A stretch of DNA of 41,685 nucleotides from Prasinococcaceae sp. CCMP 1430 (taxonomy: Eukaryota; Plantae; Prasinodermophyta), in contig RQSC01000456.1 in the NCBI GenBank assembly GCA_013416795.1, forward strand, positions 12,192 through 53,876, read 5' to 3'. Position 1 is the first letter of the stretch. Every line of letters starts with the position of its first letter. The notes below the pieces were generated by a model. That model was not told the DNA's origin and ran no database searches. It worked only from the letters and a program-made list of their open reading frames with translations. Shown one piece after another: positions 19,940 to 31,026 of this stretch. Both the position numbers and the translations under genes were made by a program.

Positions 19940-20569
19940 ATGCGGCTGTTGCTGACACGCGGCGCGCGCGCCCTGCTCGCTGGCGCCGACGCCCGGTCGC
20001 TCGCATCGCACCCGCCGTGCACGGTGCGCGTCCTTCGCGCTTGCCAGCTCATCGGCGTGTCCATTGCCACGTCGCTCATTACGGAGGCTGCAAACTACGC
20101 CTTCGTGTACAGCACCGATGCGTACAAGCAGGGCAAGGCGCAGGTCGACCGCCTGACCAAGACGCTAGACGAGGCGCGCAAGGAGGGCGCGAGCGCTGCG
20201 GGTGGCAACAAGAAAGTCGAGCGCAAAGTAAAGTCGCTCGAGGGGGATCTGCAGAAGGCCAACGCCAACCTGCAGCAGGGGAAGCTGTTCGTGGGCCTGG
20301 GCACCTCGGTGCTCTTCATGGGCCTGCTGTATTTCATGGGCACCATCTTCAAGGGGGTCGTAGTTGCCAAAATCCCCTTCGAGCCGCCCCAGTTCTTTCA
20401 CAAGATGACCCACCGCACGCTCGAAGGGGACGACTTTACCGACGCCTCGTACTCGCTCATCTACATGCTCGCGGGCATGTCGATCAAGGCGAACGTCTCA
20501 AAGCTGCTCGGCTTCGGTGGCCGCGGGCCCCGCTCGGCGTTGCCTTTCGGCATGCCAGCGGCGCAGTAG
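19940..20569 (+). CDS. TMCO1: TMCO1 (DUF106/Oxa1 superfamily ER insertase subunit); the true first exon may differ (possible acceptor at 20047)
   Basis: LIGVSIATSLITEAANYAFVYST, coiled coil, FKGVVVAKIPFEP...HRTLEGDDFTDASYSLIYML...IKANVSKLLGF. Confidence 0.88.
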   Translation: MRLLLTRGARALLAGADARSLASHPPCTVRVLRACQLIGVSIATSLITEAANYAFVYSTDAYKQGKAQVDRLTKTLDEARKEGASAAGGNKKVERKVKSLEGDLQKANANLQQGKLFVGLGTSVLFMGLLYFMGTIFKGVVVAKIPFEPPQFFHKMTHRTLEGDDFTDASYSLIYMLAGMSIKANVSKLLGFGGRGPRSALPFGMPAAQ

Positions 20570-21057
20570 GCAGGCACGCGGCCAGCCCCTCTCTTCCAGC
20601 CACTGAAGGAGCGCGCTTGTAGCCCGCCTGTAACGCACCCGATGACGTACGAGTCACGCACTCGCGGGCCCGAACGGGCCGAGCATTGCGCGCGCGGGGC
20701 GGCGTGGGTGGCGTGCGATGAGAGCAGGGCATCCGCGCGCTCGCCAGTCGCCACAGAGCGTGGCCCGTCGCGGCAGAGCGCGCCGCTCTGGCCGTCGGGA
20801 CGTGCCTCTCTGCTCGAGGAGCACATCGCAATACTCATACTCTTGACTGTTGTTTTAAATCATTTGTTTGTACTGACACTGTATGGTAGGGCCTATCCAC
20901 CTACGTGTGCCGGTGTTTCCGATCGTGTGCGCGGCCGACTGCAAAAAATTAGAGCCGTGGGGCCGCCTCTGCTCGTCCCCCTCGCAATGCGTGAGGGGGT
21001 GGGGCAGGCCCGCCGAGCGCGGTGGTCGGTGCTAGGTGAGGTTTCCCTCCACTCTTT

Positions 21058-21088
<31 letters not shown>

Positions 21089-21165
21089 ATGCGCCGCTAG
21101 CGGCGCGCGCCGTGCCGCGGACAGCGGCGATGGCCAGCGCCTGCACGCCCCCGCACGGGCGACAC

Positions 21166-22509
21166 TCAGTGAGTGGCCTTCTTGTGCAGGCGCTCCGCGC
21201 TGGCGATGCGCTGCAGCGACTCGGAGCGCGGCACCTTGGAGGTCGCCGCCATCTTGGGTTTGGGAGGGGGAGACATTTCCCCGAGCGTGTCGCCGCCCTC
21301 CGCCTCGGCGCCGTCGCTGGCGTCGCCCGCGGAGCCGTTTGTGTAGCCGTTTGCGCCCCCCGAGCCGTCGTCGACGCCGTTTCCGCTTTCCCTGAGCTGC
21401 GCCCGCAGCCTTTCCAAGTCCGCCTTGAGGTCGGTGTTCTCCTTCGCAGCCAGCTGGAATTGCTGGCCGATCTCGTGCAGCTTGACGACCAAGCCCTCGT
21501 TTTGCTGGCGCAGCGTGTTCAGCTGCTGCTCGAGCTCCGTCAGGTGCGCCTGTTTGCGGCGGCGGCTCCTGCGCGCGGACTCGCGGTTCGACAGCATGCG
21601 GCGCATGCGGCGCTCGTCCTTGCCGTCCGCGTCCCCGCCGTCGTCGGGGGCCTCCTCCTCGCCTGCGGCTCTGTCTGGCAGGGGCGTGATCCCGCCCGCG
21701 GGGTGCGGCTGCGGCTGCTGGCCGCCCACCAGCGCGCCGCCTCCGTTCATGGCGCCCGGCACGGCGCCCATGCCCTGGGCGGCGTAGTACCCGGCGGCGG
21801 CGGCACCGGCGCCCATCATCGCGACCCCCGCGGGGCCGACGTCGCCGCCCATGCGCTGGCGGTTGAGCATCTCGACCATGCGCGACTCGTCGTTGGCGAT
21901 CGACCCGCTCACGTTGTTGAACATCCCCTGCGGCGGCGGCATGCCGGCCACGCCGGCCACGTTCGGGCCGGCGGCCGCCGCGGCCGACGCCNTTGCCCCG
22001 CCGCCGATCCCGGGGACCGGCACGGGCGCCCGCGCGCCGTTGTTGGCCGCGGCGTGCGCGCCCATGGCGGCGCCGGGCGCCATGCCCGGCGCCACCCCGT
22101 TGGCCGCGCCAATCTTCGTGAGGTCGGACGCGCTCGCGATGCCGAACAGCTTGGACAGGTCGGCGAACGAGCCGCCCGAGCCCCCGGAGAGGCTGCCGAG
22201 CTTGCTGAGGTCGGCGATGCTACCGCCGCCCAGGCGCGCGAGGTCGCCCATGGAGCCCAGCCGGTTCATGCTCTCCACCGGGCCGAGCTTGGACAGGTCC
22301 GGGATGGAGCCGTTCTCCATGTGCTGCCGGAGAAAGTCCTGGAACGCCGCCTCCGAGCCCGAGCGCATCATCGACGGCGCGTTGGCCGCGCGCTCCTCGC
22401 CCTGCTTGGAGTTCGGGTCCATCTTGTACATCTGGTTCATCATGTCGTCCACGGACGCGTCGCCGCGCCCTCCCGGCGCCGCGGCGCCCGGCGCCGCCCG
22501 CTGGTCCAT
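21166..22509 (-). CDS. Group C bZIP transcription factor (bZIP63/Opaque-2/CPRF2-like)
   Basis: Basic region RRMLSNRESARRSRRRKQAHLTELEQQ plus a long zipper; N-terminal MMRSGSEAAFQDFL; C-terminal RSESLQRIASAERLHKK. Single N at 21992; 5' flank in gap. Confidence 0.9.
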   Translation of the reverse strand: MDQRAAPGAAAPGGRGDASVDDMMNQMYKMDPNSKQGEERAANAPSMMRSGSEAAFQDFLRQHMENGSIPDLSKLGPVESMNRLGSMGDLARLGGGSIADLSKLGSLSGGSGGSFADLSKLFGIASASDLTKIGAANGVAPGMAPGAAMGAHAAANNGARAPVPVPGIGGGAXASAAAAAGPNVAGVAGMPPPQGMFNNVSGSIANDESRMVEMLNRQRMGGDVGPAGVAMMGAGAAAAGYYAAQGMGAVPGAMNGGGALVGGQQPQPHPAGGITPLPDRAAGEEEAPDDGGDADGKDERRMRRMLSNRESARRSRRRKQAHLTELEQQLNTLRQQNEGLVVKLHEIGQQFQLAAKENTDLKADLERLRAQLRESGNGVDDGSGGANGYTNGSAGDASDGAEAEGGDTLGEMSPPPKPKMAATSKVPRSESLQRIASAERLHKKATH

Positions 22510-22521
22510 GGCGCGCGCGCC

Positions 22522-23105
22522 NNNNNNNNNNNNNNNNNNNNNNNNNNNNNNNNNNNNNNNNNNNNNNNNNNNNNNNNNNNNNNNNNNNNNNNNNNNNNNN
22601 NNNNNNNNNNNNNNNNNNNNNNNNNNNNNNNNNNNNNNNNNNNNNNNNNNNNNNNNNNNNNNNNNNNNNNNNNNNNNNNNNNNNNNNNNNNNNNNNNNNN
22701 NNNNNNNNNNNNNNNNNNNNNNNNNNNNNNNNNNNNNNNNNNNNNNNNNNNNNNNNNNNNNNNNNNNNNNNNNNNNNNNNNNNNNNNNNNNNNNNNNNNN
22801 NNNNNNNNNNNNNNNNNNNNNNNNNNNNNNNNNNNNNNNNNNNNNNNNNNNNNNNNNNNNNNNNNNNNNNNNNNNNNNNNNNNNNNNNNNNNNNNNNNNN
22901 NNNNNNNNNNNNNNNNNNNNNNNNNNNNNNNNNNNNNNNNNNNNNNNNNNNNNNNNNNNNNNNNNNNNNNNNNNNNNNNNNNNNNNNNNNNNNNNNNNNN
23001 NNNNNNNNNNNNNNNNNNNNNNNNNNNNNNNNNNNNNNNNNNNNNNNNNNNNNNNNNNNNNNNNNNNNNNNNNNNNNNNNNNNNNNNNNNNNNNNNNNNN
23101 NNNNN
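22522..23105. other. Assembly gap (N-run)
   Basis: Run of N. Confidence 1.
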
Positions 23106-23641
23106 AAAAAAAAAAAAACGTGTGGGGTAGGGCGGGCGGGAGCACGATGCCCGCGCTGGACGCGCCCCGCGTGGGTGGGCGAGGGTGGGTGGATGGGGAT
23201 CAAGGAGACGGGCAACCGCGCCCGCGCCGCCGCGTCGGCCCCAGCTGCGTGGGAATCGCCCCTCCCACCCATTCCCACCACCAGCCAGAAGTTTTTCTTT
23301 TTTTTCTTTTCTTTTTCTTTTTCTTTTCCTTTGTCCTTCGGGGGTGTCGCCAACCCATCCCACTCCCAGAAGTTTTTTTCTTTTTCATTTTCTTTTCCTT
23401 TTTCTTTTTTCTTTTTTTTTCCGACCGGGTCGCCCAGCGAGTACACCGTACAGTGCCATCATGATACCCAGCGCGAGCCCTCGCGAGCGCCGTCCCCCTC
23501 CGCCGCGCGTTTTGATTTTGATTTTGATTTATTTTTATTTTTATTTTTTTGAGCCAGCTGCGCGGGCGGCGCTGCCGGGGGGCGCGCTGCTGGGCGCAGG
23601 CCCCGAGGCCCCGAGGCCGCGCGCGCGCGGATAAGCGCGCG

Positions 23642-23670
<29 letters not shown>
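23106..23670. repeat. Low-complexity poly-T/poly-A and TTTTC/TTTTGA tracts next to the gap (possibly low-quality consensus)
   Basis: Long T/C tracts, two CCAGAAGTTTTT-led blocks, TTTTGA repeats, and an A-run at 23642-23671. Confidence 0.8.
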
Positions 23671-23672
<2 letters not shown>

Positions 23673-23995
23673 GGGGCCCCGCCCGAGGGGCCCAGCGAGC
23701 GCGCAGAAGCGAGCGCACGCGAGGGCTCGGCGGCATTCCGAGAGACACGGGGGAGAGTCGACAGGGCACTCATATTCTGTTGATGAACTGAATTCACTGC
23801 AACTGTGTTGTGTTGTGTACTCAGTGTGTATACGCCGCAAATGGTATCACGCAATGGCAACCACGCGTGCGTAGCAAACGTGTTTTTGTACGTTGGTGCG
23901 CAAGCGCTGTAGGTGGCAGGTGCGATCGCGCGCGCTCTCGCTCGCGCGTTCGTTCCCCCGCGCGCGCGCGCGGACGCGCGCGCGCGGAGCGACGC

Positions 23996-24072
23996 GACGC
24001 TACGCCTACGCTGCGCCTACGCGCTCGTTGCGGCGCCCTACGCGGCGCCTACGCGGCGCCTACGCGCTCGTT
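23996..24072. repeat. Degenerate minisatellite (CGCGGCGCCTA / GCGCCTACGCGCTCGTTG units)
   Basis: Repeated CCTACGC cores; GCGCCTACGCGCTCGTTG occurs twice. Confidence 0.7.
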
Positions 24073-24099
24073 GATGTCCTCTGGCGCTCGCTGACACCT

Positions 24100-24541
24100 C
24101 TCCACACCCTCGTCCTCCCTTTGCGAGGAGGCGCCGCGGCGCCGCGGCGCCACAGCGCCAACCCCCTCCTTCGCATCCCCCGGGCGGCGCGGCGCGATGG
24201 CGCCGACCGGCGGCGGGGACGCAGCGCAGCCCCGCGCGAGAGCAGCGCGGGGCAAGCGCGCGGGCAGGGCGCGGGCGCGGCGTCGACGTCGACGTCGGGG
24301 GGGAGCACGGGTGCGCGCGCGCGGCACGCGCGTGCTCTTACTCACACGCACACGCGCACGCTCGCACGCACGCATGCGCACGCCTGCCCCCCTTTCCTGT
24401 CTGACACACACGCAGCATCGGCGGCGCGGCCGTCTCCGCCCTCGGCGGGCGTCCTCTCTCTCTCTCCCGAGGAGCTCGCCGCGCTGTCGCTGAAGGAGCT
24501 GCGGGAGCTGCGCGAGCTGCGCGAGCTCAACAGTGGTGCGG

Positions 24542-24578
<37 letters not shown>

Positions 24579-25130
24579 AGCCGACGCCGACGCCGACGCC
24601 GGCGCCGGCGCCGGCGGGAAGGAGAGCGAGGCGGCCGCACACGCACGCGCACGGACACACAAACACAAACACAAACGAAAACACAGACACGCACACACAC
24701 ACAAGAAGACGAACGAGCACGACACACACGCACAAGCACTCCAAAACACGATCGAGCACAGCACACACACACTCGCACGCACAAGCGCAAACGCGAACAC
24801 GCACGCCACACACGCACGCGCGCACACACACGCCGAGCGCGCTGCCGTCCTCGGCGTGGGGGGAACGAAGGTGGGCGGCACCAGGGCGGGCGACGACGAT
24901 GACAACGGCGGCATGGTGTGCGGCTGGGGGCCACTGGTGCGCGTCCGCGCGTCCGCGCGTCCACGCGTGCGCGCGTGCGCTCTCACACATGCACACACAC
25001 AAACACACACGCGCACACATGCACGTCTGACGCGCGCGCACGCACACACAAACACACAAACACACAAACACACACACCTACACACACACACACCTACACA
25101 CACACGCACACACACACACACACACACACA

Positions 25131-25161
<31 letters not shown>

Positions 25162-25640
25162 TGACGGCCCAGGAGGTGTGCGGCACCGCAATCGTTGGCA
25201 CGCCAACGTCGCCGCGTCGCGCGCGCGCCGACCTCGCCGACCTCGCGGCGCTGCGCGCGGCGTCGCTGGGCTTCCCATCGTCGCCCAAAGTGGCGCCGCA
25301 GACGAGGCCGAGCGGGCGGCGGCCCGCGCCGTGGCGACCGCGCGACCCGCCACCGAAGTCGGAGGCGGCCAAGGGTGCGAGCGCGCGCGCGCGCGACACA
25401 CACGCACGTCTGTCACGCACACACACGCAGCTGACACGCACGCACGCATGCACACCACACATACACGTCTGACACGCGGACGCACATCCACGTATACACG
25501 CACCCACGGACGCACGCACGCGCGTGCGCACGCACAATAGCGCGCGCGCACGCACGCACGGGTGGGCGCAAGGGGAGGCGCCGAGCGAAGGCGGCCCCGC
25601 CGCCGCAGCCGCCCGAGCCCGAGCCGACGCTCGCAAAGTA
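24100..25640 (+). CDS. Possible multi-exon low-complexity protein with CA-rich introns
   Basis: GC-rich coding-like islands (LSPEELAALSLKELRELRELRELNSGAEADAD) bounded by splice signals, e.g. a phase-consistent intron 24311-24415 (GTGCGC...TCTGAC...CGCAG). No recognisable domain. Confidence 0.3.
24340..25560. repeat. (CA)/(CACG)-rich microsatellite region with an embedded (GCCGAC)n tract at ~24543-24600
   Basis: Directly visible simple repeats. Confidence 0.85.
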
Positions 25641-25859
25641 ATACTGCCGACGATTGTCGATGCGCTCTTGCTTGGCTTGCAGCGAACGCATCCGCTTACT
25701 TACGCACGCACATGTGCGCACACACACATGGCCATAAGAATCGGTTGCATGTTACATATGGTGTGAGTACCGGCACTCGCTCGCCTCCGGTATGTGTGTG
25801 CGTGCGTGTGTGTGCGTGCGCATGTGCGTGCGTGCGTGCGTGTGCGCGTGCCCCACCGC

Positions 25860-26568
25860 TCACTGCGCACCGCCCATGCCGCCGAGCATGGCCGTGAGCA
25901 TCGGCTCCAGCTCGGGCGTCATGAAGGCCGCCTTCATGGTGGCCAGCTTGTCGGCGACCTCGGCGTCCTCCTTGTGCGCCGCGAGGGCGGCGATGAGGTT
26001 GAACACGCCGCTGGGGTCGGCGGGGAAGCCGTGCTTGGACAGCGTGGGGCCCATGACCTGCGCAGCCTGCGGCAGCAGCATCATCATCACCATCATCACT
26101 GTGTGTGGGCGCGCGCGCGTGTGTGCATGCGCCGCCCGGGGACGCACGAGGTCGCGTCAGCGCCCGCGAGAGCTGACGGCACGAAGTGTGCAGACACGCA
26201 CAAACACGCACGCACGCGCGCGCGCGCGCACACATTCGCTGCGCCTCACTCACCGTCCTGGCCGGCCTGCACCTTGATGCCGTCGAGCATCGCCTTGTTC
26301 TGGGCGAGCACGGCGTTCACGTCGGTCAGAATGACTGCGCGCAAGCGCGCGGTTCGCGGTTCGGCGCAGCGGCGCGTGAGAGCGGAGGTGTAGTGTGTGT
26401 GTGTGTGCGTGCGTGCGCGTGCGTGTGAGGGGGCGCCGTCAGCTCTCGCGAGCGCCGCAGCGCCGCCGATCCGCGCCGCCGCTGCCGCCGCCGCCGCCGC
26501 GCACCCTTGGCCTCGTCGAGCGTGCACGTCTTGGGCGGGGCGAAGCCCGTCGGCGCCGGCGTGGCCAT
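25860..26568 (-). CDS. C12orf57: Protein C10 (C12orf57/GRCC10 family); exons 26568-26505, 26334-26254, 26098-25860 (127 aa)
   Basis: The spliced product TLDEAKVILTDVNAVLAQNKAMLDGIKVQAGQDVMMVMMMLLPQAAQVMGPTLSKHGFPADPSGVFNLIAALAAHKEDAEVADKLATMKAAF parallels C10 (AEQAKVVLAEV...D...MLQFVLP...YGF..D.EGV..F). Both introns are phase 1 and GT-AG. Confidence 0.82.
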
Positions 26569-26799
26569 CGCCAGCAAAGGGGAAGAGGCGGGAAACGAGG
26601 CCGCGGTGTGGCAACGAGGCCGCAGTGCGCGTGCGTGCGTGTGTGCGTGCGTGTGTGGTGCGCGCGCGTGTGTGTGCGTGTGTGGAAGAGCTGAGGGGGT
26701 CGCTCGCGCGCGGTGTGTGGCGGCCGCCGCCAGATCGGCCGCACACGACCCCGCGCGCGCCGCTGCCACACGCACTGAACACGCAAATAGTACATCATT

Positions 26800-29238
26800 A
26801 TGTACTATGTATTTAACCACGGGCGACTATTTCACATCAAATTGAAAGCGGTCGTCCGGCCGCTTCCCGAAGCCCTCGCCGCCGGGCGGGACGGCGGCGG
26901 CGGCGCGGTGGCCACACCGCGCTGTGTGTGTGTGTGGGGGGGGGAGGTTGCGGCGGCGGCGGCGGCGTGCGAGGCGTGCAGAGCGCTCGCCGCCGACCGC
27001 GGCCGAGGCCGAGGCAGCGGACGCGGCGGCGGCACGCAGCAGCCACCGCAGGGGCCCAATCGGGAGGCGCGCAAGGCGCTCGCGCGCCACCTCTCCCGGC
27101 CGCTGCCGCGCGCGGGGACGAAGGGCAGGCCCTTGCACGCGGCGCGGCTGCACGCGGTGTACCAACTCGAGCAGGTCGAGCGCGCCGGCGCGAGCGTCGC
27201 GGGCATGGACGTCTATGGCGATGTGGCGGGCGGGGCTGATGGCGTCGGCGCGGACGAAGGCGGTGCGAGCGCAGGCGTCCAGAATGCTGCCGTCGACGCC
27301 GGGAGCAGCACCATGCTCCGCAGCTGGCAGCATGGGATGGCGCGCCTGTCGGCGTCCGAGAGGCGCACCGTGACGCGCCTCGTCTCTGGAGTCACGCGGC
27401 GACGGCGCGCTCTCGACTACGCCGCGGCCGCGCTGCTGACGGGGCGGGAGCTGCGCAATCTCGCCCCGCCGCTGCGGCAGTGCCTGCAGCTCGGGCTGCA
27501 CGAGCTCGTCGAGGCGCACCAGGCGGGCGACGGCGCCGCCTCCGCACGCGCGACGGTGTACGAGCTCGTCGAGGTGGCCTCCGCCAGCGCCGCGGGTGCG
27601 CGCTCGGGCGCGCTGGTGAACGCCGTGCTGCGCGCTGCCGAGCGGCAGCTCGCCGCTGAGGGCGCACTGCCAGCGCCAGCACCGCCATCGACGGCGGCGG
27701 CTGCGGCGCTCGCCGCGCCGAGTGCACCGCACAGTCCTGCTGCCGTCGCGGACGGCGACGCGGCGCCCGACGCCGCGTTGGTGGAGTGGCTCGGAGTGAC
27801 CCACTCCCACCCGGACTGGCTCGTGGCGCGCCACGTGGCGCAGCTTGGCGCGGCGGACGCCGCGGCGCTGCTTGCGGCAAACAACGAGGCGCCACAGTTT
27901 GGCGTGCGTTCAACGCTCGCGGGGCAGGCGCGCACGGGAGACGGGGGTGTCGCAGGGGCCGACGTGGCGGCCATGCTGACGTCCGACCTCGAGGCGGCGC
28001 TGGCCGAGGCGGCCGAGCGCGAAGACTCGGCAGCGCTCGGGGACGCGGCGGCGACGAGTGGGGGCGAGACCAAGGCGGAAGAGGGCGAGGACGCAAATGC
28101 TGCGAATCAGCTCGAGGAGGGCGCCTCCGCGACGGGCACGGAAGCAGACGCAGCGATGCGACGGGCGGCCCAACGCGGCGGTGACGTCTCCGGGGGTACA
28201 GACGCCACGCCGGCGGTAAATAGCTCCGCGCTCACGCCGGGCTTTGCGCGCGTGTCGACGGGCCTGCAGGCGATCTCGCGTGCAGGCTTGCTAGCGAGCG
28301 GGCAGTGGGCGGTGCAGGATGAGGCCGCTGGGCTGGTGGTCCACGCCGCACTGGCTCCGCGCCCTGGCGACCGGGTGCTGGACGCCTGCGCAGCGCCGGG
28401 CGGCAAGGCGCTGCTCGCTGCAGCACTCATGCAGGGTGAAGGCCTCGTGGTAGCTGCTGATAAGAGCGCGCACAAGGTGGAGGCGATGCAGCAAGCTGCG
28501 AAGCTGCAGGGCGCTTCGAGCTGCGTCACGTGCGTGGCTGCCGCCGCTGAAGAGCTGCAAGGCGCGCTACAGGACGAGGGCCTGCCCATAGCATTCGACA
28601 AGGTGCGCTCACGCCATCCCATTGCGCGCGGGAGCGAGCGAGCGTTTGTATCCTCGAGTCTGCGCGCACACGAAAAGGGCCGTCGAGCAATGGCGGGCGG
28701 GCGCTGCCTGAGTCTGACACGAGCGCCCAATGTGCGCGCCTTCGTATCGCAGGTGCTCGTGGATGCCCCGTGCTCGGGCATGGGTGTCGCCCGCAAGCGC
28801 CCTGACCTGCGCTGGACGCGCAAGGAGAGCGACCTCGAAGGATTGCTGGGCGTGCAGCGCACCATATTGGACGCCGCGGCAGCGCGCGTGGCACCTGGTG
28901 GCGTGCTGGTGTACTCGACGTGCTCGGTGGACGCCGAAGAGAACGCCGCGCAGGCGAAGGCATTCCTCGACAGGCACGCCGGGGATTTCGAGGTCGAAAA
29001 GGTACGCGCGTGGGCCCGCCCGCGCGCTTTGGAGAGCAGGCGCGTGTGCGTCCTCGCTGCTGACACGCGCCGCGCTTTTGCTCGCGTGTGAATGCGATGG
29101 GCGCGCGCCGGCGCTGCTCAGGTGACTGGCGCACCGCCTGATGCGGTGACGCCTGAGGGCTACCTGGCGCTGTTCCCGCACAGGCACGGCACCGACGGCG
29201 CATTTGCAGCGAGATTCAGGCGGCGCGTTTCCCCTTGA
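26800..29238 (+). CDS. rsmB: 16S rRNA m5C967 methyltransferase RsmB/Sun (NusB + MTase), probably plastid; introns 28603-28752 and 29002-29121; start uncertain
   Basis: NusB-like helices (LVSGVTRRRRALDY, LQLGLHELV, GALVNAVLR), SHPDWLV, QDEAAGLV, VLDACAAPGGK, FDK|VLVDAPCSGMG..RKRPDLRW, VYSTCS, FPHRHGTDGAFAARF. Confidence 0.92.
26836..26848 (+). promoter_or_regulatory. RTCAAATYG candidate promoter motif in the C10/RsmB divergent region
   Basis: ATCAAATTGAAAG in an AT-rich island. Confidence 0.5.
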
Positions 29239-29288
29239 CGGCACACGCGCGCGCGTCTGCTCGACCGTGACTGTACAGCCCAGACCAC

Positions 29289-31026
29289 TTACTCTTGCAC
29301 TTTTTCGAAGTCAGCAGCGCTGCCGAAGCGCGGTTTTCGTCGCGCGAAGAACACGCCGCGCTCCGCGAGCGCACGGCGGTGCGCGCCGCGCGCTGCCGCG
29401 TCGCTGGCGCACTCCGCCGAGCAGAAGCAAACTGTGCGCGTGTAGCGACAGCGCCACAGCGGCACCCCCGACGCGCGACAGGTCGCGCACGACAGAAGCC
29501 AACTGGGCTTGCCCTCGTCCGCGCCACCCTCGCGCCGCCTCCGCCACAGCGTTAGCGCGTTGGCCGTGTTTCCCCACTGCGGCAGCTGCACGGTACGCTC
29601 GAGCACAAACCCCTCGCGCAACTTCGCCGCCAGCGCGGGCGTGCCCGTGAGACCGCACGCCTCGCCCACGTGCGCGAGGTGCTGCCCACCGGCGGCAACG
29701 TAAGACGCTAGGGCGACCTCGCCCATGTCACTGTCGGGTGGCGCGTAGCACAGCAGCAGCGTGGCACCCGCCTCGCCCGCGCGCTTGCCGGCCTCCTCGG
29801 CGGCCACAGGCAAGACCTTGGCGTGGCACCGCGAGGCGCCGTGGTACTCGTTGCGCCCAGAGACGTGTGCGCCGGCCCCGGCGTGCTTGTTTGCGCGGTC
29901 GGGCGGCGCGCAGTCGGTGGCGTCCACCTCGACGCCCGCCTTTCGCAGGAGCGCGGCCCAGTACCCCGTGCCAGCACCCACGTCGGCAACCAGGCGCTTG
30001 GAGCCAAAGTCCGCGAGCGCGTTGAGGGCGGCAGCGGTGGGAGTCGCGAAGGCGTACAGACGCGCAGGCCAGTCGCGGCACGAATCGCGCCAGCGCTCGA
30101 GCAGCGGGAACGCGCGCCGGCTGGCGGCCTCCCGCGCCTTGCGCCTCGCGCCGCGCTTGCCCTTGCCTTGCACCTTCCCCCCCTTGCCGTCGCGGAGCAG
30201 CGTATCCAGGACATCGGCGGTCTTGTCCATCTCTCCGCCGCGGCCCAGCCCGGACGCAAAGAAGAGCGCAACGGTCTCACTGAGTTTGGCGCGCTGCACG
30301 TCGAGCAGCGCGTTCGACGGCGCGCTCCACGGAGGTCGCTCGAGCTCCCCGCGGACGCTCGCACCTGTACCAGAGGCGACGCAGTCAGTGAGCGAGCGAG
30401 CGCGAACGCGCAGCTTGAGGCGAGGCGCGAGCCGCGCTGCGGGCCGCGCCGCGCCGCGCGCTCTCGCGCTGCCGCTCACCTGCCCCAGTCTGCGCTGCCT
30501 CGAGCGCCACCGCGTCGAAACCCCAGTGGGCGAAGCGCGCCGCGCCCGCCTCCTGCTTGAAAAAGCCGCGAAGGGCGGCGCGCAGCTCCGCGCCGCCCTC
30601 GGCGTACAGCCGCCGCTCCATCGCGCAGAAGTGCGCCGCCGGAGCGTCAACGAGTTCCTCCCCAGCCGCTTCGGCGAAGCGCCGCAGCGCGCCGTCGGCT
30701 GCGGTGCTGTGGTAGTAAAGGTCGTAGTAGGCCACATCGAGCGCCATGACGGTTTCGACGCGCGCGGCCGCCGCGGCAGCGCTGCCGTCCCCCGCCATCG
30801 CCTCAGCGTGCGAGCGCGCGCCGTGCGCGGCCGCTCGGAGCGCCTCCAGCGTCTGCGCATACGACGAGTACTCCGCGTCAGGCGCGCCGCGGATGAGCGC
30901 GTCCAGCGTGCCCTCGAGCACCTCTGTGAGCACGCGCGTGGCAGCCGCGTCGTCGAGCACGAGCGCCGCGCAGCGCGCGCCGCGCAGCAGCGTGGCCACG
31001 CGCTTCATCGCCGCAGCAGGCTGCAT
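29289..31026 (-). CDS. Uncharacterised class I SAM-dependent methyltransferase-like protein with a C-terminal MYND-like zinc finger; intron 30479..30365
   Basis: YAFATPT, VADVGAGTGYWAALL (motif I), NEYHG, LLLCYAPP, HVGE, LPQWGN; then CATC...RCRYTRTVCFCSAEC...H. Phase-1 intron GTGAGC...ACTGAC...TACAG. Confidence 0.8.

Noticed and set aside
23106-23700. Poly-A/T tracts as a retroelement tail
   Set aside because: No RT ORF, TSD or terminal repeat; adjacent to a large gap and looks like low-quality consensus.
24490-24610. Regular repeats as a CRISPR array
   Set aside because: Simple 6-9 bp tandem units (GCCGAC, GAGCTGCGC) without spacers, in a eukaryotic context.
27900-28230. Acidic low-complexity insertion in RsmB
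   Set aside because: Ala/Glu/Gly-rich loop expansions occur in several proteins here (EFL1, NSUN2); catalytic motifs are intact and nothing specific is indicated.
8410-29238. Two m5C RNA methyltransferases as a functional cluster or duplication
   Set aside because: Different subfamilies (NSUN2 vs RsmB), about 17 kb apart with unrelated genes between them.
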